Shown here piece by piece: positions 29,441-39,627 of a DNA stretch of 64,000 nucleotides (position 1 is its first letter; each line of letters starts with the position of its first letter). Made by a program: the position numbers and the translations under genes. Source of the DNA: a virus. The stretch covers positions 32,001 through 96,000 of IMG/VR virus record IMGVR_UViG_3300026484_000095; one strand, written 5' to 3'. Under the pieces are notes generated by a model that worked only from the letters and a program-made list of their open reading frames with translations, did not search any database and had not been told where the DNA came from.

Positions 29441-30491
29441 TATTTATAAAGATGGTATAGGTTATGTGACTGATGAGGTGTCTGAAATCCCAACTTATCT
29501 AGCAAATGCTAGTGAGGGAAATAGACAAAAGTTTGTTACAGACCTCGCCGCAGTAAGTCGTGGTAAGAGTTCAAGTAACAACCCTGCTCTGAGATACAAG
29601 AAGCTATTGAAAGAAGCCGCACCTAAGTTCAAAGGGCTAGATGGTTACAAAATTGCTATGGAGTGTATTAACGATAAAGTTTCAATGGGTAAAAGCCCAA
29701 GTAGACCTTTGGAGTTCTTACCTATCATAGTCCATATATTCCTTGATGCAGGTGCAGTAACTATGTGGAAAACTAATTATAGTGATTCAGATGACCCTAT
29801 CTTTGAGTTCAAAGATTTAGCAGAATTTAACAATAGCTTAGGTAATCACTCTTATTTAGAGAAAATCCCTGATGAAGATAACTTATATAGATGTTATACA
29901 AATATGAGAGCTATGTTAAATGCAGGTGTTCCTTATGATAGTGTACCTTATGCGAGAGAGAGCGATTTACCTTTTTATAAAGAGTTCAAAGCACTTAAAG
30001 CAAGAGTTCCTATGTTTGCATTTAATCATCTAATCACTCATACAGCATTATCAAAAGAAGCTCAAAGTGATAGAGTAACTAAAGATGGTGAGTATTGGTT
30101 ACCTTCTGATTTAAGAAAAAGAGCCTATGAATATAATGATGTAGAGGATACCTCTTATAGAGAAGTCTATACTGAATGGACTGAAGTATCAGCTAGTATT
30201 TTATCTTTTGAAGATAGAAATAAATTAGTTAGTAAATTACTGAGTTTATCTCAAAATGTAGTACAAGCTTATTTGAAAGCTCTTGGTTATGAGCAAGAGA
30301 TATACCAAAGAGCTATGTTGGAGTTCAGATATAAAGAAGTTGTTATGACTGGTTGGTATAACAATCCAAAAACATTTAGACACTTTATGATTGAAAGAGA
30401 AGCATATCCTACTTTACACGAGAGTTGGGTGCAAAATGAAACAAGATTGTTAGCAAACGGTGTTAGAGAAGTGTTAGAGGTTTCTTTTTAA
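29430..30491 (+). CDS. thyX: Divergent flavin-dependent thymidylate synthase-like protein
   Basis: AAVSR, RPLEF, PMFAFNHLITHTALSKEAQSDRV (RHRx7S-like motif), FMIER, QNETR. Confidence 0.55.
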   Translation: MRVDIYKDGIGYVTDEVSEIPTYLANASEGNRQKFVTDLAAVSRGKSSSNNPALRYKKLLKEAAPKFKGLDGYKIAMECINDKVSMGKSPSRPLEFLPIIVHIFLDAGAVTMWKTNYSDSDDPIFEFKDLAEFNNSLGNHSYLEKIPDEDNLYRCYTNMRAMLNAGVPYDSVPYARESDLPFYKEFKALKARVPMFAFNHLITHTALSKEAQSDRVTKDGEYWLPSDLRKRAYEYNDVEDTSYREVYTEWTEVSASILSFEDRNKLVSKLLSLSQNVVQAYLKALGYEQEIYQRAMLEFRYKEVVMTGWYNNPKTFRHFMIEREAYPTLHESWVQNETRLLANGVREVLEVSF

Positions 30492-30512
30492 AACATATTG
30501 AGGTGTGTTAAT

Positions 30513-30701
30513 ATGAATGAGAAACTGTATAAGGATTATGTGAGGGTGTGTATAGAGAAAAATCTAACATACCCTCCTCTACAGGACTGGTTAAAAAGAA
30601 TGGAGCATAAAGAGGTTAAAAAAGTGCGATATAAATCTGTTGAGACTTCTTTAGAGCAAGAGTTAGATGTAGCAAGGGAGTTACATAACTTATATAGATG
30701 A
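30513..30701 (+). CDS. Small hypothetical protein
   Basis: N-terminus resembles that of the next gene. Confidence 0.6.
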   Translation: MNEKLYKDYVRVCIEKNLTYPPLQDWLKRMEHKEVKKVRYKSVETSLEQELDVARELHNLYR

Positions 30702-30711
30702 GGATTTTGAT

Positions 30712-32007
30712 ATGGAAGATAAGTTACACAAACTGTGGTTAGATTATTTAAGAATTTGTGAGGAAAAAGGTTTCACTCCCACTCCTGAACAAGAGTGGAA
30801 AGAGAGTAACAGACATAGCTTAAAAGGTGTCAAGGTTGCTAAAACAAATAAAGATGATTTGCTAGAAGAACCATTAGAAGATATAGAACAAGATGAGCCT
30901 TTAGTTATTTCTGAGTCTAAACCTACTGGTAGTAGAGTAGATTTATACATAGCTAAAGTAAATGAAATACCTGAGCATAAGTTGATGGAAGTTGCTAAGT
31001 ATCTTAATGTTACTGTTCAGTATTTTAGAGATAATGCTATATCTATCTTTGGAACTAATTCTAGTATAAGAAATGCTATCATTAAGGCTTATCACTCTTG
31101 TGATAATATCTTTTGTGCTAAAAACATCAATGAGAGAATACAGCTAAGATTGAGTAACCAACATTTAAAAGCTGATAAGGTAGTAGAGCATAAACCTGAA
31201 CAGCGAGAAGTAGAGGTTAGAGAAGATAGTAAACCGTTACCAAAAGAAGATGTTAAAAGAGAGGTCAAAGCTGATATTGTAGATGAGTATTACTCTATAC
31301 AAGAAGCTATAGATAAGCTACAAATTCAGAGAGCTACTTTATTGTTATATATCCGAAGAGAAGATATAAAAGGTTCTGTTAAGGACGATAAAGTTCTTAA
31401 AGCTGATATTGACAAACGATATAATGATTTAGTAGCCAAAGGTAAGCTAGGTAAATTAGGTCGTAAGAAATTTACTAAACAATCTTCTGATAGTGTTCCA
31501 ACTAAAAAAACAAAAGAGCAGATAGAAGAGCCAAAAAAAGTAGAGGTTAGAGAAGAACCAACAGTGCAGAGAACTATTTTAGATAGTGAAACAGTAGAAC
31601 TGGTTTATAAGTCTGTTCCTTTTTCAGTAGCACTTAAAGTGTTAGGTGTAACAATGTTCACCTTAGTAGCTCAAATTGAAAAAGGTATAATCAGAGCTGA
31701 CTATGATTTAGGTTTAGTTTCTTATCAAGATATATTGAGTAAAGCCAAATATAATCTAACTAGAAAGAATTGTAAAGTTAATCCTGACTTTCAAAAGATG
31801 CTTGATGGAGCTAGTATATCTCATTTAGAAGATAAAAAATATATAGTTAAAGATGTCCATACTGTTGTTGAGGAAGTCCATACTGAGAAAGTAGTGTATA
31901 AAGATAAGGTCGTAGTTGATAAGAAGTTTACTAAGGCTTATAAAAAGTTAAGTAAGAGAAAACAGAGATATTTCTACCATAAGATAATGGCTGAAGTATT
32001 AAAGTGA
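30712..32007 (+). CDS. Multi-domain DNA-binding protein with excisionase/MerR-type HTHs
   Basis: YYSIQEAIDKLQIQRATLLLYIRREDIKG; VPFSVALKVLGVTMFTLVAQIEKG. Confidence 0.55.
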   Translation: MEDKLHKLWLDYLRICEEKGFTPTPEQEWKESNRHSLKGVKVAKTNKDDLLEEPLEDIEQDEPLVISESKPTGSRVDLYIAKVNEIPEHKLMEVAKYLNVTVQYFRDNAISIFGTNSSIRNAIIKAYHSCDNIFCAKNINERIQLRLSNQHLKADKVVEHKPEQREVEVREDSKPLPKEDVKREVKADIVDEYYSIQEAIDKLQIQRATLLLYIRREDIKGSVKDDKVLKADIDKRYNDLVAKGKLGKLGRKKFTKQSSDSVPTKKTKEQIEEPKKVEVREEPTVQRTILDSETVELVYKSVPFSVALKVLGVTMFTLVAQIEKGIIRADYDLGLVSYQDILSKAKYNLTRKNCKVNPDFQKMLDGASISHLEDKKYIVKDVHTVVEEVHTEKVVYKDKVVVDKKFTKAYKKLSKRKQRYFYHKIMAEVLK

Positions 32008-32020
32008 AAGGAGGTCAAAA

Positions 32021-32518
32021 ATGCAACGAGAACAACCTGATACCTCATTCTTAACAGCTTGGGGTCAAGTTACAATGTCTAAAGAAGATAGTAAATTAGC
32101 TCAAGCGAACTTCACTAAAACATTAGAAAAATGTACTCCAAAGTTCATTGCTAAAATGAAAAGCCATAATATGCAATGCACTAAAATTAAAGTAAAAAAT
32201 TAATCCTCTTACTCTTATATAGCTATATGATATTAAAAAGGTATAGCTATGAGAGAATGGATTAGAAATCTACTATTTATAAATAAAACTTCAACAAATA
32301 TTATCTTTATGGGTCAGTTTATCAAAGGTGGTCTTACAAAGAACTCTGATAAATTTAAAATAGATGAAATCAACCGTCTTAAAGATTTGATAAAAGATTG
32401 TTCATCTAACTTCAATGTAATCCATAAAGTTTATAACTACATACAAAATAAATCTTATTATAAGGGCTGTCCTGTGTCTATCGTTGATGGTATAGTAATA
32501 GTGCAAAAGGCTGTCTAA
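32021..32518 (+). CDS. Two small hypothetical genes (32021-32203, 32249-32518)
   Basis: RBSs present. Confidence 0.55.
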
Positions 32519-32519
32519 T

Positions 32520-33536
32520 ATGGCAATTCGTAAAAAGGGATTGAAAGCAGACCTTAATGTAGGTGCTATATTTTTAAAAGACACTCATTTTAGATATGGC
32601 TTTAATGCTCCTAGTGGTAGAAAAGAAACATATTTTGAAGAGATAGACGATAAGGTAGATGATGTTATAGTTATCGGCAAAAAACAAAAATGTAAGACCT
32701 TAATTATATTGGGAGATGTATTTGATATAAAACAACCTAGCCTATGGAGTTCTAAGGCTGTAAGAAAGACTCATAAAGTTTTAGCAAGGTTGAAATCTTG
32801 GTATGATAATATCTATACCATAGCAGGTAATCACGATTTAATAGGTTCAGCAAGGAGTAATAAGAAAGATAGTATGTACTCTTATTTTGTTGAAGCAGGT
32901 CTGTTAAATGATATACACGGTAAATATATCAATCTTAGTGATAATGTTTATCTGACGGGATTAGATTTTAATAGTGATATTAAAGCTCTTAAAAGAGAGT
33001 TGAAACGAGTAAGTGCTGAAGCCAAGAAGTTAAAAATGAGGAACCCAAAAGCCAAGGTAATATGTGTATTTCACGAACATCTGATAGCACCTGAAGAGAG
33101 AGACAAAGTTTGGGGAGACTCTTTTAATTATCGTTATGCAGTAGCAAATTATAAATATATAGATGTATTTTGTGCAGGTCATTACCATAAAGGGTATGCT
33201 ACACAAATATACAGAGGTAAGATATTTATTAACCCATTTAATTTCAGTAGGTTAGCAAGAAGTCATTATACATTAGATGGTAGCCATATCCCTACTGCTG
33301 TTTATCTTAATATAAAAACATTTAAATATAAAGATATTCCTATTAAACATCTTCCATTTAACGATAGCATTAACATTGAGGAAATGCTACAAGAGGTAAG
33401 AGAGACTTTGGATATATCAAATTTTATAGATAATCTTGAGGATATAAACACTGATAGTGAGGTTAGCATTGATAATGTTTCAGACGAAGTTAAAGAAAAG
33501 ATAAGCTATTACCTAGATATAGCAAATAATAAATAA
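32520..33536 (+). CDS. sbcD: SbcD/Mre11-like metallophosphoesterase nuclease
   Basis: DTH, GDVFD, GNHD, FH, GHYH. Confidence 0.85.
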   Translation: MAIRKKGLKADLNVGAIFLKDTHFRYGFNAPSGRKETYFEEIDDKVDDVIVIGKKQKCKTLIILGDVFDIKQPSLWSSKAVRKTHKVLARLKSWYDNIYTIAGNHDLIGSARSNKKDSMYSYFVEAGLLNDIHGKYINLSDNVYLTGLDFNSDIKALKRELKRVSAEAKKLKMRNPKAKVICVFHEHLIAPEERDKVWGDSFNYRYAVANYKYIDVFCAGHYHKGYATQIYRGKIFINPFNFSRLARSHYTLDGSHIPTAVYLNIKTFKYKDIPIKHLPFNDSINIEEMLQEVRETLDISNFIDNLEDINTDSEVSIDNVSDEVKEKISYYLDIANNK

Positions 33537-33546
33537 AGGTGTAATA

Positions 33547-34452
33547 ATGCGACAAACAATAAAAAGAAAAGTAGAACCAAAGTTATATGTATCTTATAGC
33601 TCTTTTAAAACTTTTAAGAACTGTCCTGAGATGTATAATCAGCTTTTTATATTACCGAGAGAAGATACAGAGGATAAAGTTCCTTTCGACTCTTATGATG
33701 CAAGTGTAGGGACTGCCATACAGGCTATATTTGAGCATATAATCAATAAGAACATTGAATACACTGATACAGATAAGTTTCATAAGAAGATACAAGATGA
33801 TATATTCACTCTATCAGATATGCTTATCCCTATTGATAGATATTCTTTTGAGAACTCAAAGGTTTATGTTGATGATAATCATATAGTTACAAAGTTTAGT
33901 AAATTTGCAGTAGATACCTCTGAGAAGTCTTTAAAAGCTGTAAGGCAAAGATTTATATTAGATGTGCTTAAAATGTATCACAAACCTCTTAAAAAGATGT
34001 CTAGCTTATATGATTTATCTAAAATGAGTTCAGAAATTAAAATGAAAAAAGAGTATAAAGATTTTACCCTTATAGGTACATTAGATTTCGTTTACTTCAA
34101 TGAAAAAGGCTCTATTGATATAATAGATGGTAAAAAGCAGTATAACCCTGCTTGGATAGATGATGAGCAATTAAGAATATATACTTTGTTAGCTAAACAT
34201 CATTATAAATTAAAGGTTAGAAAGACTGGCTTTTGGGATTGGAGTTCAAACAAATTGATAAACAGACCTTTTACAGAAAAAGAATTATTAAACACTTTAG
34301 AATCTCTTTTAGACTTTAAAGTTAAATTAGATAAAGCTAAGGTTACCAATAAATTTCGCAGAAAAGTGGGCTTCCATTGTAGATGGTGTCCTATTCAAGA
34401 GCAATGTCCTAATAACAAGAAAGAGACTGTTGATGGTCTTGTATCTTTTTAA
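33547..34452 (+). CDS. PD-(D/E)XK Cas4/RecB-like exonuclease
   Basis: SYSS...CP, GTLDF, IIDGK, QL.IY, HCRWCP...CP (four-Cys cluster). Confidence 0.85.
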   Translation: MRQTIKRKVEPKLYVSYSSFKTFKNCPEMYNQLFILPREDTEDKVPFDSYDASVGTAIQAIFEHIINKNIEYTDTDKFHKKIQDDIFTLSDMLIPIDRYSFENSKVYVDDNHIVTKFSKFAVDTSEKSLKAVRQRFILDVLKMYHKPLKKMSSLYDLSKMSSEIKMKKEYKDFTLIGTLDFVYFNEKGSIDIIDGKKQYNPAWIDDEQLRIYTLLAKHHYKLKVRKTGFWDWSSNKLINRPFTEKELLNTLESLLDFKVKLDKAKVTNKFRRKVGFHCRWCPIQEQCPNNKKETVDGLVSF

Positions 34453-35304
34453 ATGGATTTAATTATGACTATTAGATATGAGGGAAGTCTGAGATACACT
34501 CTGTGCTTCCTATCAGGATTAGAGGTAGAAGTATCTGAGCAAGACTTGGATGATTTTAGAGATGATATAATCAGTAATGAGATAGAGAATTATGCTTCTT
34601 TACTAGATTTATATGAGGATACGAAAATTAAGTTAGCCAAAGTTAGAAAGGCTAATAGGAGACTTCGTAGATTATGTAAGTCTAAAAAGAAGAAAGGAAG
34701 TTAATATGCCACCTATTAGAAAAAAAGTCAAGAGAAAAGCACCCTCTAGTCAAGCTACAAAAGATGTAAAAATTGATGAAGAAGATATAATCTCAAAACT
34801 GGAAAAGCTCTCCAAAAAGAAAGACTCTCTCGTTAAAGAGATTTCTAAGATGGAAGTAGAGTATGAGAACCTACAAGCTGAGTATGACGAGATTGGTGCT
34901 GTGATGGAAGAGAAGTTCGGAACAACTGATTTAGACAAGCTCCAAAAGATTAAAGAGAAAATGCTAAGGGACGCTGATAAACTTTTAAAGGAGGTAGAAG
35001 ATGAAAGCTAAGGAACTAATCCAAGCATTACAAGAGCTAGATGAAGATACTGAAATTGAAGTAATGGTTGATGGCGAAATAGTAGGAATAGTGGTCGGTT
35101 GTTTAGATGACCCTGATGGACCTTATATTGAAGTAGGAGAGTAGTTTTATGGCAAAATATCTAAAAGAACACGGAGAAAGAGTGTCTTTTCAAGGTGACG
35201 AAGTAAGAGTTGATACTAAGGGTCGTCTATACATCTTTGTAGATGGTAAAAAGACTTATGTTAAAAAAGTAAATGGAATTATACATTTTAAAGGAGAGTC
35301 ATAA
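34453..35304 (+). CDS. Four small genes: 34453-34704, coiled coil 34706-35011, and unlisted 35001-35144 and 35149-35304
   Basis: Coupled ORFs with GGAG-type RBSs; last two translated by hand. Confidence 0.6.
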
Positions 35305-36515
35305 TGGCAAACAATGAACCAAGAAGAAGAAAAAGAAGAGTACCTAAATCAAGTGCTACAAAAACAAGTCAAGCAGGAACAGATTTAAGAGAAACACCTG
35401 CTAATGTAAATACAGATGGTGCAGAAGCAACTCATACAGTTTCAGTTAATAAAGATTATGGAGATAGTGCGATATTCACTCTTTCTAAAAATCAGTTAGC
35501 TCAAATTGTAAAAGCAATGAAACCTGTTGTAAGAGAAGATAAGTTCAGATTTGAGATTGGAACTGATGGTGATATTACTGTTTCAGTAGATGAGCAAGGC
35601 TTTATCTTATGTATCAAATTGGGAACAACTGATGTTCAGGCTGATAAACCTTTCGTGTTCTATATGGATAAGTCAGTTCTCAGTCGTATCACTTCTGTTG
35701 TTGCAGATGAGATTAAATTCAATATGACAAAAGAGACTATGTCTATTGAGGTTGGTGGAACTGATATTAATCTAGGTCTATCTATTGAAGATGTAGAACC
35801 TGATATTTCATATTCAGCAGGTGTAACGGAAACAAAGTCAAGTGAGTGGTTACTGGATATTTTAAATAGAATATCTGTATCAAAAACAGCAAATGCACCA
35901 TTAGCAAGTGTAATGTATTTTGGTGAAAACATCAAATACGGTTCTAAGAAAAATACATCTCTTATTAAAGATGGTCTATCTAAGACTAAAGCAGGGCTAG
36001 TACCTGAGTTCGTGCTGTATCTGAAAAATATTGCTTCACTAGGCGATAATGTAGATTTCATTCTTGATGAAAAAGGTGGCAACTTTGTAGTTAAAGCTGA
36101 TAATGTTTTCTATAAGACAAAACTGGTTAAAAACAAATTCCCCGTAGATATTAAGAAAGACCTCATTGATAATATGGAAGTTGAAGCAAACGGGGAGTTC
36201 AGCTCAAGTCCAATCCTTATAAGTTTAGATAAACTGTCAATCCCTCTTATCGGTGCAGATAATGCCGAGTTAAATATGACTTTTAGTGAAGATGACCAAG
36301 AGGTTGAAGTCTTTGTTAATAGTATAGGAAATCAAGCAAGTAAAGATACTTGGACGGCAGGTGTATTAGAGGGCGATGCAAGTGGTGTCCTTGATTTATA
36401 CCACCTGATGAGTTCGTTAAGTGTAATGGACGATGATATTAAAATATCTATGTATAAATCTTTCGTATTGTTAGAGGACTCTAAACAGTATCTTCTGTTA
36501 AGTAAATATCTCTAA
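35304..36515 (+). CDS. Putative DNA sliding clamp (beta-clamp-like) with basic N-terminal extension
   Basis: ~350-aa core of repeating alpha/beta units; DnaX in same window. Confidence 0.5.
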   Translation: MANNEPRRRKRRVPKSSATKTSQAGTDLRETPANVNTDGAEATHTVSVNKDYGDSAIFTLSKNQLAQIVKAMKPVVREDKFRFEIGTDGDITVSVDEQGFILCIKLGTTDVQADKPFVFYMDKSVLSRITSVVADEIKFNMTKETMSIEVGGTDINLGLSIEDVEPDISYSAGVTETKSSEWLLDILNRISVSKTANAPLASVMYFGENIKYGSKKNTSLIKDGLSKTKAGLVPEFVLYLKNIASLGDNVDFILDEKGGNFVVKADNVFYKTKLVKNKFPVDIKKDLIDNMEVEANGEFSSSPILISLDKLSIPLIGADNAELNMTFSEDDQEVEVFVNSIGNQASKDTWTAGVLEGDASGVLDLYHLMSSLSVMDDDIKISMYKSFVLLEDSKQYLLLSKYL

Positions 36516-36607
36516 CCTCCTTATAAGAGTGGGATTACCCCTGCTCTTAGTTAATAATTTCCCCTACTAAAAGGTATATCTTTTAGATTAGATTAAAAAG
36601 GTATATT

Positions 36608-37271
36608 ATGAATAATCCAATAATTCCACAAACTGCAAGTGTTAATTCTCCATCTATTGATAATCAAAGAGCTTTATCGTTATCTATGAACCATAGTGTC
36701 AATATAGCCAAGGACAATGATACAACTGTGGTCTTTGTTTCAAATTTTGATATGCTTAATAGAATAAAAGAGCTAGATGGTGAACTCAACAAATACAGAG
36801 GTCAAGTGTTCGGTAAAGACTGGGTAAAAGAAAAGCCCTCTAAGTATCAAACAGATGAGCTAACCTTACAATTAAAAGCTTTACAATCTTTTGAAATACC
36901 CGTAGTATTGAAAGCTATACCAAATCCTGAAAAAGATATTGTTGAAGCTCTTATTGTACCCGAAGATGGCTATAAAATATCTTATTATGAAGACGCCTCT
37001 CGTCTTGGTATGGTTTATCAATTTAAAAGGATAGACAATGCAAGTTAATATATTAAGAAAGATATTATCTGCTGTTTGTCCTATTATCTTTGTAGATAAG
37101 TTAAAAGGGGGATGTTTAATACGAAAGAGGTTATTACATAAAGGCTACCAAGTGTCAAAGATTGATTATTTAGATAATGGGAAAACAATAATGGTAACTT
37201 GGATAGATGATTGTCCTAATTGGGATTCGGTGTTAGAAACTATTAATATAGGAGGTAAATATGAAGTATGA
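36608..37271 (+). CDS. Two hypothetical genes (36608-37048, 37038-37271)
   Basis: Behind class-2 promoter at 36550. Confidence 0.6.
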
Positions 37272-37860
37272 TAAAGTGATGATAGAGACTGCTCGTATAT
37301 GGGCTGAACAAAGTTATTGTAAAAGACGAAAAGTGGGTGCTGTTGTAGGTAAAGAGGGTCGTATCTTAGCAACTGGTTATAATGGAACTATATCAGGTTT
37401 AAAAAATGAGTGCGAAGATGTTTTTTACAAGTGTCCAAACTGTGGTAATAGTGCCGATGAAAGACAACATTTAATAGCCAACCCTATTATAGACCATTAT
37501 AAAATCCCTTTCGGTCAAAAGGTATCTTTAAATTGTAGTAAATGTAATGAACCTCTAATAGTAGGGCAAGGCAACTATCATTACAGTATTGATGTTATTG
37601 AGGATAAAATCGTAAAGGAATCTATAACAAATGATTTTACAGTCCACGCAGAGCAGAATGTTATATCTTATTGTGCCAAACAAGGGATACCTCTAAATGG
37701 TGCTACAATGTATATAACTACAAGTCCTTGTAAGCAATGTGCTAAACTGATAGCTCAAAGTGGTATCACAAGAGTTGCTTATATTGAGAAGTATAAGGAC
37801 ACATCAGGTTTGGATTTTTTAGGTGAGTTGGGAATAGAGACTAAACAAATAAAGGTTTGA
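37261..37860 (+). CDS. dCMP deaminase with zinc-ribbon insertion
   Basis: SYCKRRKVGA, TGYNG, HAEQN, SPCKQC; inserted CPNC...CSKC. Confidence 0.9.
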   Translation: MKYDKVMIETARIWAEQSYCKRRKVGAVVGKEGRILATGYNGTISGLKNECEDVFYKCPNCGNSADERQHLIANPIIDHYKIPFGQKVSLNCSKCNEPLIVGQGNYHYSIDVIEDKIVKESITNDFTVHAEQNVISYCAKQGIPLNGATMYITTSPCKQCAKLIAQSGITRVAYIEKYKDTSGLDFLGELGIETKQIKV

Positions 37861-37861
37861 T

Positions 37862-38470
37862 ATGAGTTCAGAATATGTTAATAAGCAGTTGGATATGCTC
37901 ACTGCAAAACAATCGGTATTAAAAGATGATATTGTAAGGCTAGAAGATGAGAATAAGTCCTTAACTAATGATATTGTTATATTAGAACAAGTCAATACTT
38001 TCTTCTCTTCACAAGTAGAACAGAAGATAAGTTCCATTAAGAGTAAAATAGAGACCTTAGTTAATTCAGGGTTGGAGCATATCTTCGGTGATGATATAAA
38101 ACTGGAAATAACAAGCTCTATTAAGTATTCTAAGACTACATTCTCTCTTAGGATAAATAACAATGGTGTTATAGGGTTAGGTAAGACACACGGTGGTGGT
38201 GTGTTGTCAGTAGTTGCATTTATATTAAAAGTAGTCATAACTCTGCTTACAGATAAAAGAAAGTTTTTAATATTTGATGAGAGCTTATCAATGGTATCAG
38301 TTCATTATCAACCCAAAGTTTCATCATTTATAAGGCAATTATGTGATGATTTAGGCTTTACAATTTTGCTTATATCTCATCAACCTATTTTAGGAGAGAA
38401 AGCAAAACATATCTACCAAGTAGGTAAAAAAGGTTCTTACACTTCCTTAAAGGAAATTAGAAATGATTGA
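37862..38470 (+). CDS. SbcC/Rad50-like ATPase, C-terminal half
   Basis: Short coil, signature-like HGGG, Walker B LIFDES, H-loop LISHQ. Confidence 0.8.
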   Translation: MSSEYVNKQLDMLTAKQSVLKDDIVRLEDENKSLTNDIVILEQVNTFFSSQVEQKISSIKSKIETLVNSGLEHIFGDDIKLEITSSIKYSKTTFSLRINNNGVIGLGKTHGGGVLSVVAFILKVVITLLTDKRKFLIFDESLSMVSVHYQPKVSSFIRQLCDDLGFTILLISHQPILGEKAKHIYQVGKKGSYTSLKEIRND

Positions 38471-38549
38471 GTTCTTATAACCTAATCAAAGGTTATAAGG
38501 GAATCAGGTACTTCCTATATAATGTATCATAATTAAAGGTTAATAAGAG

Positions 38550-38933
38550 ATGATAGAAGTAATACAACGAAATGACAAAATAGACAAGTTTGATGAGTTA
38601 GATATTCTAACAGAATACCATAACACTGATTATGGATTTACAATAGAAACCAGAGCTAATCTAATAGATAAAGACTTTACAAAATCTATTGCTATTTTGA
38701 ACAATGCTGTAACTTTGCTTATAGATTCAATAGCAAAAGATGACGAGGATTTTCTAAATAAGATTATATACACTTACAATGATAAAGCTATGTTTATGTA
38801 TATTGATACAAACAAAGACAACCCTAAATTGCCAATCTTCTTAGGTAAGAAATACTCTAATATAGGGTTCATCAGGAAATTAGCTGTAAACTTATCAGGT
38901 CAGTTTGGGAAATCAATTAAAGTGTATGTTTAG
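38550..38933 (+). CDS. Hypothetical protein
   Basis: 127-aa ORF. Confidence 0.65.
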   Translation: MIEVIQRNDKIDKFDELDILTEYHNTDYGFTIETRANLIDKDFTKSIAILNNAVTLLIDSIAKDDEDFLNKIIYTYNDKAMFMYIDTNKDNPKLPIFLGKKYSNIGFIRKLAVNLSGQFGKSIKVYV

Positions 38934-38947
38934 AGGTCATTTAAGCT

Positions 38948-39580
38948 ATGAACATATCATTAATCAAAAAAGCTTATAGACTATCTCAAAAGCATAAAAA
39001 AATCGTTAATACCTATCTTAAATCGAGAGGGTTGAAGAACTCTAAGATTAAGCCAATAGGTTATCTTCCATATTTTGAGATGAACAACTTTAAGATAGTG
39101 GATAGTATTCTTATCCCTATATTAGATATTGAAGCTAACATAATGGGCTTTGAGACTAGAAGCTTAAAAACAGATGCAAAGGTTAGATATAATAAGGTCT
39201 TTACAGATGAAGAGCTTTTTATACCTCAATATGGGTTAAGAAATCCTAACTTCACAAGTGAGTATGTTATATTAACAGAGGGAGCTTTTGATACAGAGAC
39301 CCTTATCCAATTAGGTTATAATAGTGTAAGTGGTTTAAGAGCTTCAATGCCTAGTGCATTACTTCACTTCTTAGCTGTATTCTTTGATAAAATCATCATA
39401 GCATTAGATAATGATAAATCGGGTATTAACAATACTAGGAGGATTATTCAGTTTTATAGTCGTTATTACCCTGATTTAGATATAGAAGTTTTGGAGTATA
39501 AAGGTAAGGATATTAACCTTGCAAAGCAGAAGTATATAAAAACATTGAGAAGTAGCTTAAAGAAAATTATCGTAAGTTGA
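38948..39580 (+). CDS. DnaG-type primase catalytic (TOPRIM) part without zinc finger
   Basis: YLKSRG, IPI...GF.TR, TEGAFD, ALDNDKSG, KDIN. Confidence 0.85.
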   Translation: MNISLIKKAYRLSQKHKKIVNTYLKSRGLKNSKIKPIGYLPYFEMNNFKIVDSILIPILDIEANIMGFETRSLKTDAKVRYNKVFTDEELFIPQYGLRNPNFTSEYVILTEGAFDTETLIQLGYNSVSGLRASMPSALLHFLAVFFDKIIIALDNDKSGINNTRRIIQFYSRYYPDLDIEVLEYKGKDINLAKQKYIKTLRSSLKKIIVS

Positions 39581-39627
39581 TAAATGGTTGCACTCATTGG
39601 TATATAAAAATTAAAAGGAGATATGGT

